64,000 nucleotides of DNA from Arcobacteraceae bacterium (GTDB lineage: Bacteria; Campylobacterota; Campylobacteria; Campylobacterales; Arcobacteraceae): contig JASMTK010000012.1 in NCBI GenBank assembly GCA_041694355.1, positions 11,201-75,200 of the forward strand, in the 5' to 3' direction. This document shows, one piece after another, positions 47,261 to 57,622 of the stretch (its first letter is position 1; each line of letters opens with the position of its first letter). Both the position numbers and the translations under genes were made by a program. The notes beneath the pieces were generated by a model that had not been told where the DNA came from, did not search any database, and was given only the letters and a program-made list of their open reading frames with translations.

Positions 47261-49915
47261 CTATTTTATATTTGGTGTCACTTTATCCCAACCTGCAGGT
47301 AATTCTTCTATTAAATTAAAAGTATCATCACTAGCAGCCTTTTTGCCAAAGTTTTCAGGTGTAACTACAACCAATCCTCCCTTTAAAATACTTGTGAAAG
47401 TATTAGATTCTACTTTTGAACCTGAAAAGATAGAGAACTTAGCACTAAATCCACTAATATCATAAAACTTACTATTTTTTCTAATCAAATGGGCATACTT
47501 ATTATCAATTTTACAATACATTAAAACCTTTGAACCATCATCTGATAAATCTTTCTTATGTATTTTTCCAATCTCCACAAATTTATAATAAATTGGTGCA
47601 TTTACATCTGCTTTTGAAGCATGTATTGACTCCACTTTAAAAGTTGTACCCTCATGGGATTTATCAATAGCTGGTTGATTATCATAACCTACAAAGTTAG
47701 TTTTAAACTTGTTTTTTGCTTTTTCTTTAATCACTCCAATATTTACAGCCATAATTGTAGACCCCACATCAGAAACCTGCTGTAAAGAGATAACTGGTTT
47801 TTTTAAGTAGAAAATAACACCCTCTTTTGCGAACTTCTGAAAATCTTTGAATATTTGAGCTTTAACTAAAGCTTTTTCATTGGAATCTAAACTGATACTT
47901 GTAACTTTTCCTATCCTCACACCTTTATACAATAGTGATGAGAAGTTCTCTTTTAGTCCCTCAACATCTTTAAAAACTATTGATATACTATTTGAACTGT
48001 TTTTCAGTTCATCATAAGAACTATATATTTTTCTATTTTGATAATTTTTATTTGTTTTACTTTCTAAATGAATTGATCCCTCTAAAAAAGAAGTAAAATT
48101 GTCCATATTGAAGTTTATACCATCCAAACTTGCATCTAAACTAATCTTAGCTTTTTTATAGAATGCACTAGTTTTGTTTATGTATTTCTCAAATCTATCA
48201 TAAATAAAAAGCTTAACCAAAGATTTTTTCTCATCAAAATTTATACTTTTTACAAAACCAATCTCAGTGTTCTTAAATACTACAGACATTCCTTCTTTGA
48301 TATTAAATGTATTATCAAAATAGGCTTTATATAGGCTTCCTTGATTATATACTCTTTTTAAATCTCTTACTTTTTTATACTCTTTAAATAGCCTAAAATT
48401 GTTTTTTGATAGTTTTTCACTTCTTTTTTCAGTCAATACTCCAATAGCACCATTCATAAGGGGTTTTAAGCCATTATAATTTACATCCATATCAAAATTT
48501 TTTATGCTTAAAAGCTTTGAACTCATATCATAAAAAAGTGTATGGTTATTTATAAGTTCTTTATATTTTTTATCAATTAATATATCAATTTTAACTTTTT
48601 TATAGTTTGAATTAAAATCATAATCTTCAACTTGCCCTATAGGTATACTTCTATAATATATTTTTGATTTTTTTGTTATAGAGTTTAAGTCATTGGCATA
48701 TAAAGTCAGTTTGATACTATCACTGTACTGTTTACTTTCTTTATAACCTTTTGAATAAAAAGTTGTACTTTTCTCTCCTTTTTTATAATCAATAGTTATG
48801 AAGTTTCCTCTTACTATATTTCCTAAGTTTTTAGTTTCATCAAAAGATACCTTTGGTTTTTCTATATAAAACTCACTATTTTTTGAAAGCATATAAGTAT
48901 ATTTATCATATAAAAATGCTTTTGCTACCACATAGTCTTGTGTAAGTTCTAAAGTCTTAATATCACCTATTTTTATGCCTTTATAAATAATAGGAGTATT
49001 CTCATCTATTCCTGTAGCGTCATCAAAATTTATAGTAAAGAACTCTTTTTTTCTTAACTCATCTTTATTTTCATATAGTTTTTTTATATTATCTTTTTGA
49101 ATTTTTTGTGCATTTTTATCTTTTGTTGTTACAGTAATTCCACCTACTATTGCTGAATAAATTGAGCCTAGTTTTACTTTTAAACCACTTGGACCATAAC
49201 TTACTTTTAGTGCATTATCCATCACAAATTCAGAACTACTATTTACTAAATAATTAAACTTATCATAGATATATAAGTTTAGTATCACATCTTCTGATTT
49301 AAACTCTTTAGATGCAACCTCACCTATTTGGAAGTGGTTGTAAAAGATTGGTGTACCAACTTGAATATTATCATTTTCATTTGCTAATAGTTTTATATAA
49401 TAACCATCTGTGGCAAGTTCATCATCAGGTTTACTATCTAAACCTTTAAAAACAAACTTCTCTTTTCCCTTTTCAAACTCTTGTTTAGTCCTAAATTTTG
49501 GAGATATTTCTATCTTAAATCCACTAATTAAAGTGCTTAAACCAGATACTTTTGTCAATGAAATAGTAGGTCTTTTTATATAAAACCTAGAGCTTTCACT
49601 AGCTACATATTTTGCCACTTCATTTTTAACTAAAATATTTACTTTTACACTTTTTAAATCATCATGAAGTTTAATATCAGTAACTTTTCCAAGTTGTAAA
49701 CCTTTATACTCTAAAGGCGTTACATTCTCTTTTAGTCCCTCTGCACTTTTAAAGATAACTTCAATATTTACACCTTTTTTCATATATGATTCATAGGCTA
49801 TCCAAGATAATATCCCAAAAATTATAAGAGGTAAAACCCAGATAAATGAAACAGGTTTATTAACCTTAACTTTTGGATTCTTTATCAATTTATCACTTTG
49901 TATCTCTTCACTCAT
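47261..49915 (-). CDS. Seven-MCE-domain LetB/YebT-like lipid transport protein
   Basis: One N-terminal TM, then seven MCE-like motifs (e.g. GLKENVTPLEYKGLQLGKV); 884 aa from ATG 49915. Confidence 0.83.
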   Translation of the reverse strand: MSEEIQSDKLIKNPKVKVNKPVSFIWVLPLIIFGILSWIAYESYMKKGVNIEVIFKSAEGLKENVTPLEYKGLQLGKVTDIKLHDDLKSVKVNILVKNEVAKYVASESSRFYIKRPTISLTKVSGLSTLISGFKIEISPKFRTKQEFEKGKEKFVFKGLDSKPDDELATDGYYIKLLANENDNIQVGTPIFYNHFQIGEVASKEFKSEDVILNLYIYDKFNYLVNSSSEFVMDNALKVSYGPSGLKVKLGSIYSAIVGGITVTTKDKNAQKIQKDNIKKLYENKDELRKKEFFTINFDDATGIDENTPIIYKGIKIGDIKTLELTQDYVVAKAFLYDKYTYMLSKNSEFYIEKPKVSFDETKNLGNIVRGNFITIDYKKGEKSTTFYSKGYKESKQYSDSIKLTLYANDLNSITKKSKIYYRSIPIGQVEDYDFNSNYKKVKIDILIDKKYKELINNHTLFYDMSSKLLSIKNFDMDVNYNGLKPLMNGAIGVLTEKRSEKLSKNNFRLFKEYKKVRDLKRVYNQGSLYKAYFDNTFNIKEGMSVVFKNTEIGFVKSINFDEKKSLVKLFIYDRFEKYINKTSAFYKKAKISLDASLDGINFNMDNFTSFLEGSIHLESKTNKNYQNRKIYSSYDELKNSSNSISIVFKDVEGLKENFSSLLYKGVRIGKVTSISLDSNEKALVKAQIFKDFQKFAKEGVIFYLKKPVISLQQVSDVGSTIMAVNIGVIKEKAKNKFKTNFVGYDNQPAIDKSHEGTTFKVESIHASKADVNAPIYYKFVEIGKIHKKDLSDDGSKVLMYCKIDNKYAHLIRKNSKFYDISGFSAKFSIFSGSKVESNTFTSILKGGLVVVTPENFGKKAASDDTFNLIEELPAGWDKVTPNIK

Positions 49916-50489
49916 CCCAAATAATCCTTGTATCAAATCTATATGCTGCAATCATAGTTAGTATAACAACTAAAGCAAATGATGTGGCTGCAATATCAGC
50001 TTTTATATTAAATATTTCATCAAGCTGAACTATTGAAGCTAGTATAGCAACCACAAAAATATCTATCATAGACCACTTTCCTATTGAGTCTATAAATTTA
50101 AAGATATAAATCTTTGTTTTTCTATTCATTTTTATATGTATCTTTAAACTTATAAATATGACTAAAAGTCCAACTAACTTTACGATAGGTATTACAATAC
50201 TCGCTACAAAAACAACAGTTGCAATAAAGTAGTTTTCATACTCAATAAAACTAGTAATACCCTCAAGTATTGTACTATCAATAGTGCTACCAAACTTTGT
50301 TATTTCCATCATTGGATATACCATAGCTGGTATATAAAGAAGCATAGCACTAATAACCAAAGCTAAAGATACTTGTAGTGAATCTTTTATTCTTCTTCTT
50401 ACTAAATGATTACATCTAGTACATACAAAATTATCATAATTTGGTTTTTTATATACTTTATGACAATTTTTACAAGATATTAAAACCAA
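49908..50489 (-). CDS. PqiA/LetA family protein, C-terminal half
   Basis: CKNC...CTRC; YIPAMVYPMM; KWSMIDIFVV; TTG 50489 behind GGAG. Confidence 0.85.
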   Translation of the reverse strand: MVLISCKNCHKVYKKPNYDNFVCTRCNHLVRRRIKDSLQVSLALVISAMLLYIPAMVYPMMEITKFGSTIDSTILEGITSFIEYENYFIATVVFVASIVIPIVKLVGLLVIFISLKIHIKMNRKTKIYIFKFIDSIGKWSMIDIFVVAILASIVQLDEIFNIKADIAATSFALVVILTMIAAYRFDTRIIWDE

Positions 50490-50490
50490 A

Positions 50491-51090
50491 TTAATCTCCA
50501 AAAATAGTTTTTCTTTCAAATCTAATCACTGACATATAGAAACAAAACATATAGAATAATAGTATATAAAATCCTAAAGCAAACCTAGTAGAATCAGACA
50601 TACTTATAAGCTTTATGTATGTTACTATTATACTAATAATAAAAACATCAATAAAAGCCCAATGCCTAAAAAACAAAAAAGAGTCATACAATAATGTTTT
50701 AGTAAAAAGCTTTATTTTTGTATAGTTTTGTAAAAATGAAAAGACAATTACAAATGAGGTTAAAAGTGGTGCAATAACAATAGTAAATAAAACTATAACT
50801 CCTACAAAGAAAAAGTTTTGTTCAAATAAAATAAAAACTGTATCAAGTAAAGATGCTTTTAAAAAGGTGTTATTTATATCAAGTGTCAAAAGTGGATAAA
50901 TACAAATCAAAACATATAGTAAAAGTGCAGAGATAGCATAATATAAAGAATCAAAACTATGAGTGTTATCAACTAAAAGTCTAGTATCACATCTTGGGCA
51001 TTTTAATACTTTTGCTTTCTTTTTTGCCCACTTATTTATAAAAAGACCACATCCATAACATTCGATAATTTTATCTGTATCAATAGCCAT
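50491..51090 (-). CDS. PqiA/LetA family protein, N-terminal half
   Basis: CYGC...CPRC; WAFIDVFII. Confidence 0.83.
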   Translation of the reverse strand: MAIDTDKIIECYGCGLFINKWAKKKAKVLKCPRCDTRLLVDNTHSFDSLYYAISALLLYVLICIYPLLTLDINNTFLKASLLDTVFILFEQNFFFVGVIVLFTIVIAPLLTSFVIVFSFLQNYTKIKLFTKTLLYDSFLFFRHWAFIDVFIISIIVTYIKLISMSDSTRFALGFYILLFYMFCFYMSVIRFERKTIFGD

Positions 51091-51245
51091 ATAAATCCTA
51101 ATATATAATTGAATTATTTTAACATATTTTATTTTTCTAAAGATAAATATACAGCATTAAGATTACATTTTAGTCTTTAGTTGTATTATAACAATGCAAA
51201 AAAAACAATAAATACGAATAATTTTGAAAAATAAAGGTTTTAATA

Positions 51246-51680
51246 ATGGAATATAATATTACACAAGCACAAGTAGGAACTAGACCTCCTGTTGACTTAC
51301 CAGATCCTAAAATATTGGAGTTTTTAGGTGAAGATGGTATGAGAAAACTTGTATCTGATCACTATGATTTATTAAGAGAAAGTAATATAAAAGGACTTTT
51401 CCCTCCAACTGACGAGGGTTTTGCTAAAGCAAAAGAACATTCGGCTGATTTCTTTATACAAATTTGTGGGGGACCTCAATACTTTAATCAAAAAAGAGGT
51501 AGACCTATGATGGCAGCAAGACATGCGCCATTTAAAATCAATCCAGAAGCTAGAAGAATTTGGTTAGAGTCGTACGCAATGGTTTTAAGACAACTTGATA
51601 TGCCAGAAGAGTTAAAAGAGTCTTTTTGGAGATATATAGATATTTTCTCAATTTGGATGTTAAATACAACAGAAGAGTAA
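51246..51680 (+). CDS. Truncated (2/2) globin
   Basis: LVSDHYD; FFIQICGGPQYF; MAARHAPFKI; WLESY; 144 aa. Confidence 0.82.
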   Translation: MEYNITQAQVGTRPPVDLPDPKILEFLGEDGMRKLVSDHYDLLRESNIKGLFPPTDEGFAKAKEHSADFFIQICGGPQYFNQKRGRPMMAARHAPFKINPEARRIWLESYAMVLRQLDMPEELKESFWRYIDIFSIWMLNTTEE

Positions 51681-51698
51681 GGATTAGTCCTTACTCTT
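51673..51698. terminator. Bidirectional terminator containing both stop codons
   Basis: AAGAGTAAGGA-ttag-TCCTTACTCTT perfect hairpin. Confidence 0.72.
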
Positions 51699-52367
51699 TA
51701 AATATATCCCAATACCTTTTTCAGATGCTATATCAATCTTCTCTAACTTTGTTTTCAGTCTATGAATCAATTGTCTTCTTGCCACATCAGAACCTTTTTT
51801 ATCTTTCCAAATAGCTGTATTAATTGCTTCATACGATAAAATACCATCCATTGAATTAACTAACAATGACAATAAAATACTTTCATTTCTAGTTAATACA
51901 ATCTCTTCATCATTTTCAAATACTTTTTTATTTTCTAAATCATACTTGTAACTTCCATCAATATCAATCATCTTTCTTTTTTCTAGAATTTGATATTTTG
52001 AAATAGCTATTTTAATCATCGTATCAAGTTCATCAATTCTAATAGGCTTAACTAAATACCCAACCATATTTGAAATATCTGATGCTCTTTTGATCTTTTC
52101 TTCATCATTGTATGCAGTTGTAAAAATTATAGGAAGATTATATGTATTTTGTAAGATTTTAGAAACTTCTATACCATCAGTTAAGCCCCTAATTTCAATA
52201 TCTGAAACTACTACATCAATATTTTCATCAAAAGCCACTTCTAAAGCCTCTTCTGCTGTATCAACTATATCTACAACTTCATAACCAAAGTTTTCGATAA
52301 CTGATTTTAGATTTTCAGCTATCATTTTTTCATCTTCCATTAGTAATATTCTAATATTTTCTTCCAT
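51684..52367 (-). CDS. Orphan response regulator (REC plus winged helix)
   Basis: LMEDE; VVSDIE; FTTAY; LVKP. Confidence 0.87.
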   Translation of the reverse strand: MEENIRILLMEDEKMIAENLKSVIENFGYEVVDIVDTAEEALEVAFDENIDVVVSDIEIRGLTDGIEVSKILQNTYNLPIIFTTAYNDEEKIKRASDISNMVGYLVKPIRIDELDTMIKIAISKYQILEKRKMIDIDGSYKYDLENKKVFENDEEIVLTRNESILLSLLVNSMDGILSYEAINTAIWKDKKGSDVARRQLIHRLKTKLEKIDIASEKGIGIYLKSKD

Positions 52368-52515
52368 TAAAAACCTTTTAATTTTGCTATCAAAATTTGT
52401 TAATTATTATAAAAAACTTTTCAATTTTATGCATTATAACTATATTTTCATTAATTCATATAAAATAATGATTTAGATATTTACTATTTGAAGTAAAATT
52501 TACAATTTGTAAACC

Positions 52516-52544
52516 TATCACCTACTAAAAGTTAGTAGATGATA
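52516..52544 (-). terminator. Probable terminator hairpin
   Basis: TATCA-c-CTACTA-aaagt-TAGTAG-a-TGATA. Confidence 0.5.
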
Positions 52545-52549
52545 AGGTA

Positions 52550-52759
52550 TTAATGCTTTGTAGCAGTTATACCTGGCTTTTCTGGTGTACCCACATAATC
52601 ACTTGGTGTAGAAGTAGCTTTGAAATATGCAAAAACAACTCCAACAACTATACAAAAAGCTATTACTATTTTTACTGTTTTTCTTTTTTCTTTTGATTCA
52701 TTTCCATTATAATCTTCAATTTTATCCATTGATAATTCATCATTATTATCTTTTGTCAT
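52550..52759 (-). CDS. Small single-TM protein (69 aa)
   Basis: ATG 52759 behind AAAGGAG; one hydrophobic segment; downstream hairpin. Confidence 0.65.
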   Translation of the reverse strand: MTKDNNDELSMDKIEDYNGNESKEKRKTVKIVIAFCIVVGVVFAYFKATSTPSDYVGTPEKPGITATKH

Positions 52760-52835
52760 ACTTACTCCTTTCATATATTATAATAAGTATAACTAATTTC
52801 AATTAAATAAATCAAGAGTTTTATATAAGTTTAAC

Positions 52836-55800
52836 TTATATAAGTGACACCATTAACTGATTTACTGTAATTGCAATTTGTTTAATATCTTTTACATCTC
52901 TTGCTATAAAGGTATCAAGATGTGATCTTACTTTGTAGAACACCTCTTTTTCATTTTTAACAAAGTTAGAAAATGCAACATCTGGCTCTTCATTTACTCT
53001 TTGGAACTCTAAAATCTTTTTTGTGTAATGAACTACAATAAACTCAATGAACTGTAATACTTGATTTCTTAGTGTCATATCACTTTGATTTGTAATTTTA
53101 ACTTTATTTAATGCCATAACAATCTCAAGTATATTAAACTCATGGATTAATGAGTAGAACAGTACAATAACATCTTTAAATGAGTGGTGAGTATCCTCTT
53201 TTATCATAATAGCTGCTATTGCAAATCTTAAATAATCAATCACTGAGAAGAACTGATTAAACTCATGATCATCTTTTATTAACTCTTCTATTTCTTGAGT
53301 ATGTACTTCTGATAATAACTCAAATAACTCAGCTTTATAATCAAGAATATGAGCTGAATCAAGTTGATTTTTCTTAAGATATTTAACCATCCATTTTGTA
53401 CTAGAGTATAAAGTATACTCTAACTTACTAATAAGTCTATATTGAGTTTCAATTTCCATTATATAGTCTTGATCGTAAACTTTTTGTCTAATTTGTCTAG
53501 CACCAAATAGTTGTTTTATCATAAGATATGACTTGATTTTTAGTAAAAATTTCTCTTTTCCTAGTTTTTCAAAATCACTTACAAAAGTACATCCTTGAGA
53601 GTTTATAATAATATCAGCTATCATTGTAGCTATAATTTCTCTTTTTAGTGGATGTTTTGCAATTTCATATTCATATGCACCCACAAATGATTTTGGGAAA
53701 TATCTATATAAGTATTGCTGTGCAAACTGTTCATCAATCATCTCAGACTCAAGCAAAATCTTTTTTATAAAAATCTTACTATATGAAACTAACGAACCTA
53801 ATACAGGTCTTACAATAGAACCATTAATATCAATTATTTCATTGATATTTTCATTTTTAGGGATATAAAAGTCTCTTCTATTAAAAGCTTCTACATTATT
53901 TTCAAGCACTTCTATTGTTCTTAAAAAGTCATTTGAGTATCTTCTTGAAAATTGTTCATCTAAAGAGATAACCAATGCTTGATCATAGTTGTTTTGTAAT
54001 ACCATATCAACTACTTGATCAGTTAAAGAGTAAAGTGTATCTTGTAATTGTTTTTGAGTCAAGATTCCCTGCTCTTTTATAGTATTTAATAAAATTTTTA
54101 AGTTTACTTCATGGTCAGAGGTATTAACACCTGCTGCATTATCAATAGCATCTAAATGAACTCTTCCTCCACCTAAAGCATACTCAATTCTTGCTTTTTG
54201 AGTAAATCCAAGGTTTCCTCCTTCACTTACTATTTTAGCTTTTATCTCAGTTGCATCAACTCTAACAGCTTCATTTTGTTTATCACCTAAGTCTAAGTTA
54301 TTTTCATCACTAGCTTTTACATAAGTTCCAACTCCACCATTAAATAACATATCAACTTCAAGTGTTAGGAGTCTTCTACATAACTCTTCCCCAGATATTA
54401 CCTTTTTTGTAGTTCCTAATAATTTCTTTATTTCAGGCGATAAGGTAATCTCTTTATCGTGACGATTAAAAATACCACCACCTTTTGAGATCATATGTTT
54501 ATTATAGTTTGTCCAGCCACCATTTTTTGACTCAAATAATCTTTTTCTCTCAAGATAGGCTTTTTCTAAATCTGGATTTGGATCTATAAAAATATCTTTA
54601 TGTGAAATTGCAGCTAGTAGTTTGAACTTCTTTGACTCAATCATACCGTTTCCAAAAACATCACCACTCATAGAACCAATACCTACAACTGAAACTTCGT
54701 CTTTATAAATATCAATTCCCTCTTCTATAAAGAATCTTTTTGATGACATTATTGAACCACGAGCAGTAATTCCTAAGTCCTTATGTCCATATCCATTACT
54801 TCCACCACTTGCAAAGGCATCACCTAACCAATAACCTCTACTAATAGCTATTTCATTTGCAACATCACTCATAGCAGCTGTTCCTTTATCTGCAGCAACT
54901 ACAAAATAAGGATCATCTTCATCATAAGCAACAACTCTTTCATCTCTTACGATTTTTCCCTCTACCATATTATCAACTAAATCTAAATTTGCATTAATAA
55001 ACTCAGAGTAAACTTCAGTGAAGAACTCTTTTGTAATATCTTCTTTACATCTGTTGATTACAAAACCACCTTTTGAACCATCAGGAATAATAATAGAGTT
55101 CTTTCCCTCTTGTGTAATCATAAGAGATTTTACTTCTTGTCTATAATCATCATGTCTATCTGACCATCTAAGACCACCTCTTGATACTTTTGACATTCTT
55201 AGATGAACTCCATAAAACTCTCTGTGATAAATAAAATTCTCAATATTTGGTTGTAAACCTTTTAAGTCTTTTCCAAAAGATTTAGTATCAATTTTAAATG
55301 CAATTGTATCTTTGTTTAGAAAGTAGTTTGTTCTAAGTAATGATCTTAAAAATAGTAAAGTTATATTTAAAATCTTATCATCAATAATTTGTGGAATATC
55401 TTTAATTTTTAGTTTTATTTGTTCTTCAACTTCAGTTAAAAGTTTTTTTCTACCTTTAACCTGTGGTTCAAACTTAGTAATGAAATATTTTACAAATAGA
55501 CAAGCTAAACTATCATGAGCTGTTAAAGTATTTAAAATAGTTGCTGAATTTATAGTAAGAACTGCTTGATCTATATACTCAATAAAGGCTCTTAAAAGTT
55601 TAATCTTTCTTAAATTTAAGTTCTGTTTATAAACAAGACAAAAAGCCTTTGAATGTTTTATAGTAGGATCTTTTAAACTATGTGAAATCACATACTCTAA
55701 ATTTTCTCTAGCAACTTCTAGCTGACTTGTATCAGGAATATCTAGATTAAATCTTGATATGTAGATTTGTTCATCTTCATGGGAAACATTGTACGTAACC

Positions 55801-56021
55801 TCATCTATTATTTCAAAACCTATATTGTGCAATAAAGGAGTTATGTGAGATAAATATAACTGCTCTTTTGAAAATATCTTAACATATACAGAGTCATTAT
55901 TGTTTATTATTTTTGTTACAATACCCTCTTTTAAAACTTTTTTAAAAAGTTCATCATTTACTACTAAATCATCAGGAGTTAATAATTGTGAACATATTGC
56001 TTGAATATCTGATGTAGCCAT
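52836..56021 (-). CDS. Large NAD-specific glutamate dehydrogenase (shortened N-terminus)
   Basis: RGGLRWSDR; VVAADKGTA; FASGGS; GITARG; GGVGTY; EGGNLG; DAIDNAAGV. Confidence 0.9.
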   Translation of the reverse strand: MATSDIQAICSQLLTPDDLVVNDELFKKVLKEGIVTKIINNNDSVYVKIFSKEQLYLSHITPLLHNIGFEIIDEVTYNVSHEDEQIYISRFNLDIPDTSQLEVARENLEYVISHSLKDPTIKHSKAFCLVYKQNLNLRKIKLLRAFIEYIDQAVLTINSATILNTLTAHDSLACLFVKYFITKFEPQVKGRKKLLTEVEEQIKLKIKDIPQIIDDKILNITLLFLRSLLRTNYFLNKDTIAFKIDTKSFGKDLKGLQPNIENFIYHREFYGVHLRMSKVSRGGLRWSDRHDDYRQEVKSLMITQEGKNSIIIPDGSKGGFVINRCKEDITKEFFTEVYSEFINANLDLVDNMVEGKIVRDERVVAYDEDDPYFVVAADKGTAAMSDVANEIAISRGYWLGDAFASGGSNGYGHKDLGITARGSIMSSKRFFIEEGIDIYKDEVSVVGIGSMSGDVFGNGMIESKKFKLLAAISHKDIFIDPNPDLEKAYLERKRLFESKNGGWTNYNKHMISKGGGIFNRHDKEITLSPEIKKLLGTTKKVISGEELCRRLLTLEVDMLFNGGVGTYVKASDENNLDLGDKQNEAVRVDATEIKAKIVSEGGNLGFTQKARIEYALGGGRVHLDAIDNAAGVNTSDHEVNLKILLNTIKEQGILTQKQLQDTLYSLTDQVVDMVLQNNYDQALVISLDEQFSRRYSNDFLRTIEVLENNVEAFNRRDFYIPKNENINEIIDINGSIVRPVLGSLVSYSKIFIKKILLESEMIDEQFAQQYLYRYFPKSFVGAYEYEIAKHPLKREIIATMIADIIINSQGCTFVSDFEKLGKEKFLLKIKSYLMIKQLFGARQIRQKVYDQDYIMEIETQYRLISKLEYTLYSSTKWMVKYLKKNQLDSAHILDYKAELFELLSEVHTQEIEELIKDDHEFNQFFSVIDYLRFAIAAIMIKEDTHHSFKDVIVLFYSLIHEFNILEIVMALNKVKITNQSDMTLRNQVLQFIEFIVVHYTKKILEFQRVNEEPDVAFSNFVKNEKEVFYKVRSHLDTFIARDVKDIKQIAITVNQLMVSLI

Positions 56022-56119
56022 TACACTTCCTTTTTACTAAAATATATAGATTATCTTACTCTTTATATTTTAAGGGAAAATTAAACAATCAGATATAAAA
56101 TACAATTTTTTATTATTTG

Positions 56120-56590
56120 TTACCTATCAGTAACCTTAGAAAAGCTTGCATTTGTTAATTTTTGTAAATCATCAGGCTTTATTTCAATATCTAAACCTCT
56201 TTTTCCACCACTTACAAAGATAGTATCATAGTTTTTTGCACTTTTATCAATAACTGTTTTAAGCCTTTTTTTCTGACCTAGTGGTGAAATACCACCAAGT
56301 AAATATCCTGTAACTTTTTGAGCTTCTTGCTTATTTGCCATAACTGCTTTTTTAGCTTTGAATGCACTTGCAACCTCTTTTAAGCTTAGTTGGTTTGCAA
56401 CAGGTAAAACAGCAACAGCTAACTCTTTTGGTGATAGTTCAACTAAAAGTGTTTTATAAACTTGATTTTTATCAAGACCTAGTTTTAAAGCTGCCTCTTC
56501 TCCATAATTTTCACAAGCTGGATCATGGTCGTATTTATGTGTTTTAAATTCACACTTATTTTTCTTTAGTAGATTAATTGCTGGTGTCAT
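56120..56590 (-). CDS. ybaK: Cys-tRNA(Pro) deacylase
   Basis: MTPAI; VYKTL; GYLLGGISPLGQKK; SGGKRGL. Confidence 0.93.
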   Translation of the reverse strand: MTPAINLLKKNKCEFKTHKYDHDPACENYGEEAALKLGLDKNQVYKTLLVELSPKELAVAVLPVANQLSLKEVASAFKAKKAVMANKQEAQKVTGYLLGGISPLGQKKRLKTVIDKSAKNYDTIFVSGGKRGLDIEIKPDDLQKLTNASFSKVTDR

Positions 56591-56629
56591 TGAGTGTAGT
56601 AACCCCTTTTTAAGGAGTTACTTCTAATA

Positions 56630-57550
56630 CTATGCAAATGCAGGTTCTAAAAATGGAATAATCTGTTTCTTTCTTGAAAGACAACCATCTAACCAAACTT
56701 TACCATCTTCAAGTTTTACATCAAATGCTTTTTCAAAAACTGATGAATCTTCTGAAGATACAAGAACTTCAGATCTCTCTTTCATAATATCAGTTAAAAG
56801 CATACAAGCTGTATGTAGTCCCTCTTCTTCTCTAAATTTATCTAAGTCAGCTTGAATTTCAGGTTTTATAGAATCAACAATAGATAAATCTAGAATCTCT
56901 AATTGTCCAATTCCTACTTTTTCACCATGCATATCAAATGGTTTATAATCTCTTAAAATCAACTCTCTAGCTGGAACTCCCTCAACAGCTGATTTTACTT
57001 TGAACATTTCCATTCCAACTGCACCAAAATCTTCAATACCTGCAATTTCTGCCAACTCTCTAACAGTTTTTATATCTAACTCTGTACATGTTGGAGATTT
57101 GAAAATAACCGTATCACTTAAAATTGCACACATCATAATACCTGCTATGTTTGCTGGAATTTCCACACCATGATAATCATACATCTCTTTTACTATAGTA
57201 TTAGAACAACCAACAGGTCTAATCCAACACTCTAAAGGTGCAGATGTTGTGATATCACCTAATTTATGATGATCAACAATACCTACTACATTTGCTTCAT
57301 CAATATCTTCAGGAGCTTGTTTTTTGTCTGAATAATCAGTAATAAATAGATCTTCACCAGCAAATTTTGTTTTTAACATAGGTGCTTCAAAACCAAATCT
57401 ATCTAAGATATATTTTGTCTCTGGATTAGGTTCACCCTGTCTAGCTGGAACTGCTTCTCTTCCTATTTTGTTTAAAAGGTATGCTAATGAAATCGCTGAA
57501 CAGATAGAATCTGAATCAGGAGTTGTATGTCCACATGTATAAATTGCCAT
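56630..57550 (-). CDS. ppaC: Mn-dependent family II inorganic pyrophosphatase
   Basis: GHTTPDSDS; VDHH; SDTVIFKSPT; SRKKQ. Confidence 0.93.
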   Translation of the reverse strand: MAIYTCGHTTPDSDSICSAISLAYLLNKIGREAVPARQGEPNPETKYILDRFGFEAPMLKTKFAGEDLFITDYSDKKQAPEDIDEANVVGIVDHHKLGDITTSAPLECWIRPVGCSNTIVKEMYDYHGVEIPANIAGIMMCAILSDTVIFKSPTCTELDIKTVRELAEIAGIEDFGAVGMEMFKVKSAVEGVPARELILRDYKPFDMHGEKVGIGQLEILDLSIVDSIKPEIQADLDKFREEEGLHTACMLLTDIMKERSEVLVSSEDSSVFEKAFDVKLEDGKVWLDGCLSRKKQIIPFLEPAFA

Positions 57551-57622
57551 AATTAAATATCCTAATTTAAATTTTTGGGCATTTTATCTAAATGTAGCTT
57601 ATGTTACTTTTAAAAAAACATA

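Noticed and set aside
51091-51245. NssR/Fnr-type site upstream of the globin
   Set aside because: No TTAAC-N4-GTTAA or TTGAT-N4-ATCAA match found
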